Below are positions 33,279 to 43,394 of a stretch of 64,000 bases of DNA, in pieces. Numbering within the stretch: position 1 is the first letter of the stretch; each line of letters begins with the position of its first letter. This DNA is from a virus. Lineage: Duplodnaviria > Caudoviricetes. The stretch is taken from IMG/VR virus record IMGVR_UViG_3300034073_003276; one strand, written 5' to 3'. A program made the translations under genes and the position numbers. The notes below the pieces were generated by a model. It worked only from the letters and a program-made list of their open reading frames with translations. It was not told the origin of the DNA and searched no databases.

Positions 33279-34886
33279 TTAGTCTCTTGGAGAATCATAT
33301 TTTGCTCTTGCTTCAGATTCACCTCTTTCCTTTTTTGTGAGTCCGTGCTTAACTGCTCTTGCAACTTGTCTGTTAGTCAAGCGTCTTTGTCTATCTTCTG
33401 GCGTTTCTTTAGCACCTCTTTCTTTCTTTGGTTGGCGAGAACCAGGATTCTCTTGCCTAAACTTAGAAAGAAGATGTGGGGTTTTTGCTCTCTTAAATTC
33501 TGCCTCCACTTTCTCATCTTTTTCCGAAATAACTTCTTCAGAGGCAACCATTACAATAGGATTCTTTGCACCCATTGCTCTTGCATAATTCTTAGCAAGA
33601 TTAATTGTAGTTGGGAGAGAGCGTGGATCCTTTTCTTCCTGCTCTTTTTTTGCCTTCTTATCTGCTTGAGCAACAGTTTCTTCTTTTACTGGTTTCTGAG
33701 GATTCTGAGGATTTTTCTTTGAACCAAATATTTGTTGAATTTTTTGTGGTAATTCATCAACTGCTTTTACAACCTTTGCAGGCATATTTGGAGCACCTCC
33801 ACCACTTTTTGGTTCTACTGCCTCTTTATGAGTTGGTAGTCCTTCATGCTTTGTCTTAGCATACTTCTTTGCTTCTTTTTTGCTCATACCTTCTGCTGCT
33901 TTTGCAACCTCAGGAGATGCAGGGGTTTCACCTTTTTTTGCAGCATAAACCATACCCATAAAGCGTTGTTGTGCTTTACTTACTGCCTTTTCAGTAATTA
34001 CAGCGGCACCCATATCATAGTGAGCAAGTTGCATACCACGACCACCATTGCTGGTGCCAGGTGCTTCAGGATTAACAGTAACTTTATTTTTACCCTTCAT
34101 TACATCAATTTTTTTATCAGAATCATCATTTTCACTCTTTACCTCACCGATGAATTCTTCAGCGACACCCTTTCTCTTTTCGATTGCTGCACCACGAACT
34201 TTACGACGATTCAGAAGATACTTATCAGTCTTATCATAGTCTCCATCATTATCAATATCCTTATCTTCTTGTCCGACTGGATCTAAACCTTTTCCCGATT
34301 TTGCTGCTGCAGTTTGCTCACCCTTTTTCTTTTCTCCTTCGTAAGGCTCACCATAACCAGTCATTTCAACTGACTCGATATTTGGATTTGCACGAAGCTC
34401 ACTAATCTTTTGACGATCTGCATATCTAACATATGAGCGACCGTCTTTTCCAGTAACTCTTACTTTATATTTCTTATGCTCTGCAGTCTCTAACTTTTCC
34501 ATATAAGTTAGACGAATTGGCTCTTGCTCTTTTTCCACACCTTCAACAAATACCTTGTAGAGAGCATTCGCTACGCTTGTAGAAGCTGCATCTTCAATAT
34601 TAAAGTCTTCTGCTTGCATACCACCGCTCTTACCGAAAAGTTTTTGTTTTACCATTGTTTTCTCCTGAGCACTCATACTACTGTTTTGCATATACTGTGA
34701 ATACGCTGAGCGAAGAGGGAGCTCCTCTCTTCTTGCTCTATAACGAATATCGTAAATAGCTTGCTTTACTCTTTTTTCTGGAGACTTCTTTTCATCTCCT
34801 CCTTTTTCTTCACCACCCTTACCAGCAGGAGCAGCAGCAGGAGCGTGCTTTCTTGCTGGAAGCTCCTCAGCGATATGTTTTTTCAT
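33279..34886 (-). CDS. low-complexity late protein with DUF3008-like and EF-hand-like segments
   Basis: AVSKAQQRFMGMVYAAKKG..KKYAKTKHEGLP; DKDIDNDGDYDKTD; late promoter at 34922. Confidence 0.75.
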   Translation of the reverse strand: MKKHIAEELPARKHAPAAAPAGKGGEEKGGDEKKSPEKRVKQAIYDIRYRARREELPLRSAYSQYMQNSSMSAQEKTMVKQKLFGKSGGMQAEDFNIEDAASTSVANALYKVFVEGVEKEQEPIRLTYMEKLETAEHKKYKVRVTGKDGRSYVRYADRQKISELRANPNIESVEMTGYGEPYEGEKKKGEQTAAAKSGKGLDPVGQEDKDIDNDGDYDKTDKYLLNRRKVRGAAIEKRKGVAEEFIGEVKSENDDSDKKIDVMKGKNKVTVNPEAPGTSNGGRGMQLAHYDMGAAVITEKAVSKAQQRFMGMVYAAKKGETPASPEVAKAAEGMSKKEAKKYAKTKHEGLPTHKEAVEPKSGGGAPNMPAKVVKAVDELPQKIQQIFGSKKNPQNPQKPVKEETVAQADKKAKKEQEEKDPRSLPTTINLAKNYARAMGAKNPIVMVASEEVISEKDEKVEAEFKRAKTPHLLSKFRQENPGSRQPKKERGAKETPEDRQRRLTNRQVARAVKHGLTKKERGESEARAKYDSPRD

Positions 34887-34895
34887 GAGAAAACT

Positions 34896-36221
34896 TTACT
34901 TTCTACTCTTTTTTCTATATTTATTTATGAAATCTCTAGCACTAAGATTATATCCACTATAAGGTTTTGCTCCATATTGAAGATTTGTTTTATCACCCTT
35001 CTCAAATCCAGGTGTCATATCCGCAACATACTTGAAATATCCACTAGTTCCAACCAATGTGTTTGGTTTTCCAGGAAGTCTCATCTTCCTATCCATCTTG
35101 ACCTCAGTATATTCTCTGAGATCTTTAATCCAAGACTTAAACATTTGCCCAGATTCTGTGACACAAATCAAATAGTTTGTTCCTCTACGAATAATACGAC
35201 CAACTAAACCAGTATTCAGATTCTCAACAATTTCACCCATTTTAAAGATAGACTCTGTGATGTAATTTTCACGAAGAGATTGAAAATCAAGTTTAGGTGC
35301 AATCTCCCAAATATCCCATCCCTCTTTGACACTCATAGAACCACGAAGAATATCAAATAATTCTTTCGCTTCTGAGCGTTTTACTTCTGGAGGAAGACCA
35401 GATCTGAAAGTTTTAAAGTCATTCTCTGCAGCAGCAAGTCTCATTCTTGAAGCAGACATTCCTTCCACACCCTTTGCATCTGGGTCCCTGTCTCCTGCAG
35501 AAACCACTTCAATATTATCAAACTGATACAACTGACCATTATAGTTGTTAGAAAGTTTTTCAAACTCCTTAACTCTGTCAGCACCGCCAATGATTCTCAC
35601 ATTGGTATATCCATCATTATGTGCCATTCTTAAGACATCAAAGATAGTTTTAGTATTAGGATCATTTACAATATTGCCAGCGTGAGAGGGATAAAACCTC
35701 TGCATATATGCAATTTTAGTATCAGGGTCTAATGGATTCTTTTTCTTATCTTGACTTCTTGATGGAAATATTAAATATTGACCATCCTCATCTTGTGATG
35801 CTGATTGTGCAGCAACATCCATCAGTTGCTGGTGTCCAATTGTAGGTGGATTAAATCTACCAAAAGCAACAGTCAATGTGCCTTTTGTTTTTTCAACAGG
35901 TGGAGGACCTACTTGTTGAGGAGGTTCTTGTGCTGCTGCTTGCTGCTCTGGTGCTGGTGCCTGTTGTTGTGCTGCTTGCTGTTTTAACTCTGGATCAGTG
36001 TATCCAGGAGAAGCAATAGTTTTTTCCTTTTCAGTCTGCTTTGGATCTTTTGCACCAACTCTTTGACGCTTGTTGTAAAACTTCAATTCTCCGCCTTCTG
36101 TTTTTGCAACAAACTCACCTTGACGATCATACCATCCACCGTGCCCATCTCCAACAAGTCCAAGACGCTTTGCTTGTTGTGAGGCAGATGCTTCTGATAT
36201 AAATTGGAAAAAACTTTTCAT
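34896..36221 (-). CDS. cytidyltransferase-like protein (HIGH-family nucleotidyltransferase)
   Basis: FGRFNPPTIGH, GADRVKEF, MSASRMR; N-terminus MKSFFQFISE. Confidence 0.85.
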   Translation of the reverse strand: MKSFFQFISEASASQQAKRLGLVGDGHGGWYDRQGEFVAKTEGGELKFYNKRQRVGAKDPKQTEKEKTIASPGYTDPELKQQAAQQQAPAPEQQAAAQEPPQQVGPPPVEKTKGTLTVAFGRFNPPTIGHQQLMDVAAQSASQDEDGQYLIFPSRSQDKKKNPLDPDTKIAYMQRFYPSHAGNIVNDPNTKTIFDVLRMAHNDGYTNVRIIGGADRVKEFEKLSNNYNGQLYQFDNIEVVSAGDRDPDAKGVEGMSASRMRLAAAENDFKTFRSGLPPEVKRSEAKELFDILRGSMSVKEGWDIWEIAPKLDFQSLRENYITESIFKMGEIVENLNTGLVGRIIRRGTNYLICVTESGQMFKSWIKDLREYTEVKMDRKMRLPGKPNTLVGTSGYFKYVADMTPGFEKGDKTNLQYGAKPYSGYNLSARDFINKYRKKSRK

Positions 36222-36268
36222 TATTTACTTTAAATTATGTATCAGATACTTCTTATAATATGTATTTA

Positions 36269-37357
36269 TTAAAAATTATAGATTGGGAGCGCAGTTTGCC
36301 TGTATCTTCTTGGATATATTGCAGTCCTAGTCTCAGGAACTACTCCATTTGGCGTTTGAGTTGGTCTTCCAGATCTATAAGTTGTTATAAGAACTGCCCT
36401 ATATCCACTATTATCATCTAAAAATTCTGATGTCTGCCCATTAAGAGATTGATGACCACTAAAAGATAATCTATAGTAAATATCACCATCATCATTAACT
36501 AGGGGATTAAAAATAAATTGCCCTTGACCAATCATATGTACATTATCTGGACCATAACTACCACCATAATCAGGTCCATAAACTGACATATTGACAAGAT
36601 TTGAATCCCTAATCAAAGAATACACTGCTCTAGTAAGTCTTCCACTAGAATTAAAAGGATTATTAGAAATTCTTGGTGATCCACCAGTGGCATCATCATA
36701 TAAAGAATATAGTTTAGTCAGATATTGTTGGACTTCCGGATGATTGTATATTTTTGCAGCATCCTGAATATTTCCAGCCACTGTAGAAACTCCGCCATAT
36801 TGTCCGAAAGCTTCTGGACCTACACCATCCTTATGTGAAATGAATAATACCCCTTTTCCCAAGGAATTTTTAAACTTAAAGTCACTTTTTGCTTCACGAC
36901 CATGAATTCTATTTGGCACTTTTTCTATACCAGTAATTCCTAAAAACATACCAATACCTGGAACTAAAATATCAATGCCAACTCTATTGCCACCACCAAT
37001 ACCAGCAACTTCTTCTAATTTTTGTATTGTAGCAACAGTAGCATCTAAAGTTCTTTGCTCAGCGTCAGCGCCACCTCTACCAGTTGGTTTTCTTATTGCA
37101 GTTATTCTAAGATATCCGGTTTTACCATTTAATCTAACATTAGCATATTTGCTTCTACCAATTTGTGTAAATTGTTTAGATACTATGTTTACTTCCTGGC
37201 CAGCATTTACATAATCTACAACTTCCTTTAAAGTTATATTTTTATAAACTGGCTCATTTACTATACCATTTTCTATTGGATACTTAATATTTACTGAGTT
37301 TGGATTATTTGTAACATATTTTGCCCAATCTGCAGGTTTTCCACCAAGAGTCGCCAT
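36269..37357 (-). CDS. putative PD-(D/E)xK nuclease with SH3-like N-terminal domain
   Basis: start moved to MATLGG (37357) because the upstream extension is tRNA-Leu; AKSDF...FISHKDG..P..FGQYGGV motif. Confidence 0.6.
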   Translation of the reverse strand: MATLGGKPADWAKYVTNNPNSVNIKYPIENGIVNEPVYKNITLKEVVDYVNAGQEVNIVSKQFTQIGRSKYANVRLNGKTGYLRITAIRKPTGRGGADAEQRTLDATVATIQKLEEVAGIGGGNRVGIDILVPGIGMFLGITGIEKVPNRIHGREAKSDFKFKNSLGKGVLFISHKDGVGPEAFGQYGGVSTVAGNIQDAAKIYNHPEVQQYLTKLYSLYDDATGGSPRISNNPFNSSGRLTRAVYSLIRDSNLVNMSVYGPDYGGSYGPDNVHMIGQGQFIFNPLVNDDGDIYYRLSFSGHQSLNGQTSEFLDDNSGYRAVLITTYRSGRPTQTPNGVVPETRTAIYPRRYRQTALPIYNF

Positions 37358-37375
37358 TTTTTTATTTTTATTTAG

Positions 37376-37448
37376 TGCCCGTGAGAAGATTCGAACTTCC
37401 ACTGTATGGATTCTAAGTCCACCCTCTCTACCGTTGGAGTACACGGGC
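37376..37448 (-). tRNA. trnL: tRNA with TAG (Leu) anticodon, short variable loop
   Basis: anticodon arm GTGGA-CTTAGAA-TCCAT; 5-nt variable region ACAGT; 73 nt. Confidence 0.88.
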
Positions 37449-37453
37449 ATAAA

Positions 37454-37526
37454 TGGAGAATAGCGGATTCGAACCGCTGACCTTCTGCGTGCAAAGCAGA
37501 CGCTCTACCAACTAAGCTAATTCCCC
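37454..37526 (-). tRNA. trnA: tRNA-Ala(TGC)
   Basis: anticodon arm TCTGC-TTTGCAC-GCAGA; G3:U70 pair. Confidence 0.96.
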
Positions 37527-37541
37527 AATAAAACTATTATA

Positions 37542-37940
37542 TCATCTGATAGGCATCAGGTCAAATAGTTCTGGATGAAGTCTCCCATACTTTCTCATAA
37601 TTTCACCCGCCTTAGCATTTGCTTCATTTTCAGCAGGACTTCCAGGATGAGAACTAATTTGTTTACCATCCATTACTTGCTTATAATGAATGAATTCGTG
37701 AGAGACTGTTCTTAAAATGTCTATAGGATGACGATTGATTATACTAATATAAAGTGTATTTCCACTCATCATCCCAAAAGTCTTATTATTCTTTGCAAAA
37801 TCAGAGTCCTCTATCAAGACATACGGAATATCATATGTTAAACGAAGTTCTCTTTTAAGGAAGACTAAAAATCTTTTAAGAAGAGCATCAAACTGTATTC
37901 TTGTAGTGGGTCTTCCTTTTCTTTTGCCAATCAAAGACAT
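37542..37940 (-). CDS. small HExxH (zincin-like) protein
   Basis: RTVSHEFIHYKQ..E.EANA. Confidence 0.7.
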   Translation of the reverse strand: MSLIGKRKGRPTTRIQFDALLKRFLVFLKRELRLTYDIPYVLIEDSDFAKNNKTFGMMSGNTLYISIINRHPIDILRTVSHEFIHYKQVMDGKQISSHPGSPAENEANAKAGEIMRKYGRLHPELFDLMPIR

Positions 37941-37953
37941 TTTTTAAAAATAT

Positions 37954-38142
37954 TTAGTTTACATTTAAAACTGCACCAATGTTATCATCAAGATCTTGAA
38001 TGACAGTACGAATATCAGTAATACGAGGAGGCACACTTTCTTCATTATAAGTGTATCCTTTTTGTGCTTCGAAAAGAATTTGACGCACTGCTGCAGCACA
38101 TCGAGCATCCATTTTCAGAGTTACTTGTTTTTCTTTAGTCAT
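37954..38142 (-). CDS. hypothetical protein
   Basis: 62 aa coupled ORF. Confidence 0.7.
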   Translation of the reverse strand: MTKEKQVTLKMDARCAAAVRQILFEAQKGYTYNEESVPPRITDIRTVIQDLDDNIGAVLNVN

Positions 38143-38555
38143 CGGTCGTCAGCAGCACGGTTTTCGGAAAAATATGCATCAAAAGCACCTTCAGGATAAC
38201 GCTTCAGAAGTTTTTGAACATTACGAGCAACGACATCATCCAGAGTTACATCAAGTGCCATACATGCTTGAGCAACATACCACATAACATCTCCCAATTC
38301 AATAATCAGGTGCTCACGATTATCTTCATTATAAGGTTTTCCTTGAAAAACCATCTTCTTGACAATTTCCATAAACTCACCACCTTCAGCATTAATACCA
38401 ACGGCAGCGGTGAGAAGACGCTCAATATTCGCACCCTTCTCATCAAGAGCAACTAGGCGATCAGAAAGAGAAAGAAAGTCTTTAGATGCATCAGAAGTTA
38501 CGGCATCTACAAACTCTGCATACTTATCAAAATTAACGTGTTTCGCAGTTTCCAT
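38139..38555 (-). CDS. mazG: MazG-like nucleoside triphosphate pyrophosphohydrolase
   Basis: GINAEGGEFMEIVKK, ELGDVMWY. Confidence 0.92.
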   Translation of the reverse strand: METAKHVNFDKYAEFVDAVTSDASKDFLSLSDRLVALDEKGANIERLLTAAVGINAEGGEFMEIVKKMVFQGKPYNEDNREHLIIELGDVMWYVAQACMALDVTLDDVVARNVQKLLKRYPEGAFDAYFSENRAADDR

Positions 38556-39934
38556 TAAAATTTAAATCCTTCAAACGACTTTTTGGGTTTTTTGTCTTCA
38601 TTATCATTATACTCATCATCCTGCCCACTGTCAAGTATGTCATTCTGGGCAGTCTGCTCACAATCATAAAGACGCATTTTAGCACGGTCAATCCCAACAA
38701 TAAATCTCTTGTAGATTGTTGGGTCATTATAACGATTCTTCAATTGCTTTACCATAATTTGACCAAGTTGCTCCAACTCTTCCGTGCTAATCAGAGCAAA
38801 CATAAGGTCGGCAGTAGCAGGCAAACCAAAACTTTCAGAAGTATCAGTCAATTCCACATCAGAAGATCCAAAACCACTTCTTGTAGTTTGTGTCGCACTG
38901 ACAATCGGCACATTGAATTCTACTGCCAGACCACGAAGTTCTTCAGCAATTGATTTGATATAAGAATAAGAATTGATAGAACTATTTGCCTTGTGCCTAG
39001 AGGAAGCACAGATATTCAAATAATCAACAAAGATAATATCTGGTTTGAATGATTTCTTCAGAGACAATTCATTCAGAAGTGCCTTGAAGTGACCACAGTG
39101 TGCCGAAGCAGTTGGATACTCTTTGATGATTAGAGTGCCTTGTGTTTTCTTGGCAAGACTTGTGACCTTATTCTCAAACATTTGACGAGGCAAATCTGTC
39201 AATTGCTGAATTGGCACATTCAGAAGGTTTGCGTCAATTCTTTCAGCAATTCGCTCCTCCGCCATTTCAAGAGTGATGTAGAGAACGTTCCTGCCTTGCA
39301 GTAGGACGGAAGAAGCAACATGGCACATAAAGAGACTTTTTCCGACACCCGTACCAGCAAGAGCGATATTGAGAGTCTTATTAGGAAGACCACCTTTTGT
39401 AATTTTGTTAAAATAATCAAGATCGAATTCAATCTTGTCTTCTTTTCTGTGATAAAATTCATAACGCTCTTCGTAATTTTGTAAGTAATCGTGACCGATA
39501 TTATTGTCAAAACTTACAGCAAGAGCATCAGATAGAATACTTGGAATCGCATCACGATTCTTCTTTTCATTATTACCATCGGCAATATGAATCGATTCCA
39601 TAAGTGCCAAATAGATGGCACGGTCACGACACCACTTTTCAGTAGTATCAAGTAACCATTGCTTTTCTACGGGCGAATCATTCAGAGACTTATTGATTTC
39701 TCTGACTTCTTTTACTTGCTCTTCAGTTAAGTCTGTGCGATTTTCTACCTCAATATTGAGTGCTTCGATGGTGATTGCTGAACCATATTTGACAATGAAT
39801 TGAACAATCTCCTCAAAAATGACCTTCTCGGATTTGCTCTCAAAATAATCTGGTTGTATGAAAGGAATGACTTTACGGGAATAATCTTCATTGTATACTA
39901 GGTTTCTAAGGATTGTAGTTTCAATTCTTTCCAT
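38555..39934 (-). CDS. 41: replicative DNA helicase (T4 gp41)
   Basis: AGTGVGKS, TLEMAEE, DYLNIC, ATQTTRSG, SESFGLPATAD. Confidence 0.97.
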   Translation of the reverse strand: MERIETTILRNLVYNEDYSRKVIPFIQPDYFESKSEKVIFEEIVQFIVKYGSAITIEALNIEVENRTDLTEEQVKEVREINKSLNDSPVEKQWLLDTTEKWCRDRAIYLALMESIHIADGNNEKKNRDAIPSILSDALAVSFDNNIGHDYLQNYEERYEFYHRKEDKIEFDLDYFNKITKGGLPNKTLNIALAGTGVGKSLFMCHVASSVLLQGRNVLYITLEMAEERIAERIDANLLNVPIQQLTDLPRQMFENKVTSLAKKTQGTLIIKEYPTASAHCGHFKALLNELSLKKSFKPDIIFVDYLNICASSRHKANSSINSYSYIKSIAEELRGLAVEFNVPIVSATQTTRSGFGSSDVELTDTSESFGLPATADLMFALISTEELEQLGQIMVKQLKNRYNDPTIYKRFIVGIDRAKMRLYDCEQTAQNDILDSGQDDEYNDNEDKKPKKSFEGFKF

Positions 39935-40491
39935 TACTTATAATGCAAATATGTGCTCATGATATACTTTGGACCACTTATTGTAGCATTTCCTTTATGT
40001 GGAAACATCCAAAGTGGTGGGAACACTAATAATGTTCCTTTCTTCGGTTGAATAGTCAAATCTTTAAATACGGTTTCCCCACCTGATTCTACATCATTCA
40101 AATACCACATGAAAGATAAAAATCTCCGTGCAGAAGGATAGTCTAGCACATCAACATGAGTATCAAAACGATCTTCACCACCAGGATTATACTTCTTTAT
40201 ACGAAATTGCTCAAAAGCATGGTCTGTAGGAAACACTCTTTTATCCACAAATTCATAATACTTATCACGATAAGTAAAAACATTTTTAATTACATGATTA
40301 TGAACTTGATTGACCTCAGAAGAAATTTCCTTGTTTTCAGTTAGATTAAACTGGGTAAAGTTTGGTTTTCCTTCATTCTCAAATCTTTCATGCTTATCTG
40401 TTACCTGCTCAAATAATGAACTCAAGAAATCACAGATATCAGACTCTAAAGCGTTTTCATAGATGTGAATAAAATCATTAACTTCATCCAT
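39934..40491 (-). CDS. 2OG-Fe(II) oxygenase
   Basis: HVD, YLNDVESGGET, FPPLWMFPH. Confidence 0.92.
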   Translation of the reverse strand: MDEVNDFIHIYENALESDICDFLSSLFEQVTDKHERFENEGKPNFTQFNLTENKEISSEVNQVHNHVIKNVFTYRDKYYEFVDKRVFPTDHAFEQFRIKKYNPGGEDRFDTHVDVLDYPSARRFLSFMWYLNDVESGGETVFKDLTIQPKKGTLLVFPPLWMFPHKGNATISGPKYIMSTYLHYK

Positions 40492-40493
40492 AA

Positions 40494-41072
40494 TTAATCT
40501 TCCTCTATATAAAAAATATCTGGATAATTTCCACTTTTTGCCCTATACCTCAATTGTCTTAAGGTTAAACCTTTTGCCCCACCATTTCTAAAACATTTGG
40601 AAGAATCTTCCCATATTATACCGTAAACCGATATTTTTTTTGAGTTGTAATTACTTACAGATTTTTTTATCTCACTTATCAAAGAAGCAGTTTCTGTAGA
40701 ATTAATTTTTCCAAGTTTATTCAGTAAGATGCTCTGCTCCCTTTTCTTTTGTTTATATTCTTCAGATTGATGCGATTGTTTCCATTTTTCAGATTTCAAT
40801 CTTGCCTCCGTTAGTTTTTCACTATCCCTTTTACATCGACTAACTTGATCTTCATAAATTTTAGTTAATTCTTCATCGGATAAATTTCCACCAAGAAGTT
40901 GAAAAGCATATAAATCAGATATATTTTTATATACTAACCAACGACGATAATGGACTTCTTGGTGAAGTTTTCTTGGAAGTTTAACTAAATTACTTGAATC
41001 GTCAGTGCCCCCTTCATGTTTCGGAATAATGTGGTGTGTGTCTATAAACATATATATATGGTTAGTAACCAT
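40494..41072 (-). CDS. HNH homing endonuclease
   Basis: HHIIPKHEGGTDDSSNLVKL...H; late promoter TAAATA at 41077-41082. Confidence 0.88.
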   Translation of the reverse strand: MVTNHIYMFIDTHHIIPKHEGGTDDSSNLVKLPRKLHQEVHYRRWLVYKNISDLYAFQLLGGNLSDEELTKIYEDQVSRCKRDSEKLTEARLKSEKWKQSHQSEEYKQKKREQSILLNKLGKINSTETASLISEIKKSVSNYNSKKISVYGIIWEDSSKCFRNGGAKGLTLRQLRYRAKSGNYPDIFYIEED

Positions 41073-41074
41073 AC

Positions 41075-42094
41075 TTATTTATCATTCTTTAGTCCATATG
41101 AAAATTCCTTTTTAGCAATTTCGTCAAGTTTTTTCATTACATCATCAGTAAAATATTCTTCAGGATTTCTTAGAATCTCCTTACCGTAAATTTTCTTACC
41201 ATTGATTTCATATCTACCAGCAACATTTTTCCAAAGACCACCAATTTCACCAAGTTCAAGCAGACCATAATATCTATCCAGACCTCTTTCATCATAATAA
41301 AGACGCACTTCAACATCTTTATTTTCTTTACTTAAACGGGATTTGTGAGTTTTTGCCTTTACTATATTTCCAACAATTTCAGTCCCATCCTTTTCCTTCT
41401 TCTTGCTTAGGAAAATAATTGTAGAAGCAGCATACTTTAATCCAGATCCTCCAGATTGCTCTTGAGTTGGCACATAAGCACCGACAACTTGATATACATG
41501 ATTAGTGACAATCATAGGAATATTTGCTTGCCCCAGTTTTAGCGTAAGCATACGGAAAGCACCTTTAACAAGTTGCGATTTAGTCATATCACGCACCTGC
41601 TTATCATTCAATGCATCAGTAATTTCCTTTTCAGTTGAAAGCATACCCAAAGAGTCTAGAACAAACATACAAGGTTTACGTTCCTCTACTGGTTTTTTCA
41701 TATACAGATCAACTGCCTTGAGTGCTTTGCCACGAAACTCTTCAATAGTGACAACATTTACTACAACAAGTCGTTGTGTATCAACACCACGACTTTCTAA
41801 AAGAGATTTAGTGACAGCAGCCTCAGTGTCAAAGTAGAGACAGTAACCATCGGGATTAGTATCAAGAAAATTCTTAACCACTGCGAGAGAGAAAAAAGTC
41901 TTTCCAGTAGAAGACTCTCCAGCAATAGCAGTAATCTTATTCCCAGATACACCACCAAATATACTACCTGAAACCAGTGCATTAAAAATGTATGAACCAG
42001 TATCAACATAAGTTTCTGTCTCATCAATATCGGAAGCGAGTTTGGTATACTCCCCACCAACCTCCTTTACAATTTCTTTAAGAAAATCCATCAC
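41075..42094 (-). CDS. uvsX: RecA-like recombinase UvsX
   Basis: AGESSTGKT, DSLGML, GGSGLKYAAS. Confidence 0.96.
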   Translation of the reverse strand: MMDFLKEIVKEVGGEYTKLASDIDETETYVDTGSYIFNALVSGSIFGGVSGNKITAIAGESSTGKTFFSLAVVKNFLDTNPDGYCLYFDTEAAVTKSLLESRGVDTQRLVVVNVVTIEEFRGKALKAVDLYMKKPVEERKPCMFVLDSLGMLSTEKEITDALNDKQVRDMTKSQLVKGAFRMLTLKLGQANIPMIVTNHVYQVVGAYVPTQEQSGGSGLKYAASTIIFLSKKKEKDGTEIVGNIVKAKTHKSRLSKENKDVEVRLYYDERGLDRYYGLLELGEIGGLWKNVAGRYEINGKKIYGKEILRNPEEYFTDDVMKKLDEIAKKEFSYGLKNDK

Positions 42095-42228
42095 TTTTTC
42101 TCCTGAGTTTGTTTATCTGCATAATTCATTTTAAAGGTCCAAAGTTTCTGATATAGTGCAGTATCTCCACCAAGACGCATTGCATTAATAATTGTATTCA
42201 GTTCTCGCTCATTAATAGGTAATTCCAT
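42091..42228 (-). CDS. 45 aa hypothetical protein (MELPINERELNTII...)
   Basis: translated by hand; overlaps the stop/start of both neighbours. Confidence 0.65.
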   Translation of the reverse strand: MELPINERELNTIINAMRLGGDTALYQKLWTFKMNYADKQTQEKK

Positions 42229-43394
42229 CAGGTAAAAAATAATTCTAGGTTAACAGTTTTTTCTACATTCCATCCAATCGAATCGAGAATGGACTTCAAG
42301 GGTTCTACAAAACTCTTTTCAAATTGTAATTCATAATCAATGTATTTGTCAAGACCAAGTTCCTTTGGAAAATCTTGAATGAATGAAATGATATTCTCTT
42401 GAATGATATTTGGTTTTTTCAAATATATAAACTTAATTTTTTCTCCATTACCAATCAATGAATACTTATTAGTTAATTTTTTCTCTTTTATATAATGATT
42501 AAAAAGAAGTGCTCCACGAATATGGATTGGTGTTTTTTGAGCATAGATTGTGGAAGAAGAATAATACTTACGCACATCAGAAGCAGTTCTTGGAAAGGCA
42601 ATTTGCTCTGGTGGAAGTCTTTTAAATTCCTCCCGACACTTATCAATAAAATTAATCACATCTTCTTCAGTACCATTCATCATCAACTTTAGACCATCTT
42701 TAATCATTTGACGACAAGGTGCTGGAGTAGAAGATTTAACTGCTTCAATACCCATCATTTTCAGTTTAGGTTCTTCATATCGTACACCCTCACTGTCCCA
42801 TACATTGAGAATGTATCGTTTCTTAGCAGTCCAGATTCCACGCTCAGCAATATTCTCACGCTTCATCTGCATCTTCTGATCGTAAGCATTTACATACTCA
42901 GCCAATTCTTCGTAGCAACCTTCAATATACTTTTCAAGTTCCACCTTACAGACCTTATCAAGGAACGAAACAATGCTTTGAGTAGTTTTCTCTCTTCCTT
43001 TGAATATACATTCAACCAAAGGACCCATATTGAGATAGATAGAATCAGTATCTGAAGCAATAACATAATCAATATCCTCCGTTTTAAGAACTTTATTTAA
43101 ATAAGAATTCATCTTATTTTCAATCCAGCGAATAGAAACCTGTCCTGACAAAGTAATTGCTTCAGCATTCGCTAGTTTATAATAACGGAAATACTGATTA
43201 CCAATGGCACCATAGGCAGAGTTAAGTTGAATCTTCCTTGCCATTTGAATATTGTTGCAGCGTGAGATTTCTTTTTCAGCAGAATTTCTTAGTTTAATTA
43301 ACTCTTTATCTGAAAGATTTTTATATTTGTTATCAGAAGAAACAACAATTTCTTTTTGTTTCTCCTCCTTGTTACCACCAATTAAGTAACCCAT
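42228..43394 (-). CDS. 43B: DNA polymerase B, C-terminal subunit (gp43B)
   Basis: motif B KIQLNSAYG, motif C ASDTDS, KKRY; begins with about 38 non-polymerase residues. Confidence 0.93.
   Translation of the reverse strand: MGYLIGGNKEEKQKEIVVSSDNKYKNLSDKELIKLRNSAEKEISRCNNIQMARKIQLNSAYGAIGNQYFRYYKLANAEAITLSGQVSIRWIENKMNSYLNKVLKTEDIDYVIASDTDSIYLNMGPLVECIFKGREKTTQSIVSFLDKVCKVELEKYIEGCYEELAEYVNAYDQKMQMKRENIAERGIWTAKKRYILNVWDSEGVRYEEPKLKMMGIEAVKSSTPAPCRQMIKDGLKLMMNGTEEDVINFIDKCREEFKRLPPEQIAFPRTASDVRKYYSSSTIYAQKTPIHIRGALLFNHYIKEKKLTNKYSLIGNGEKIKFIYLKKPNIIQENIISFIQDFPKELGLDKYIDYELQFEKSFVEPLKSILDSIGWNVEKTVNLELFFT

Noticed and set aside
37358-37450. N-terminal 31 aa of ORF 36269..37450
   Set aside because: It runs through tRNA-Leu and the late promoter; the true start is 37357.
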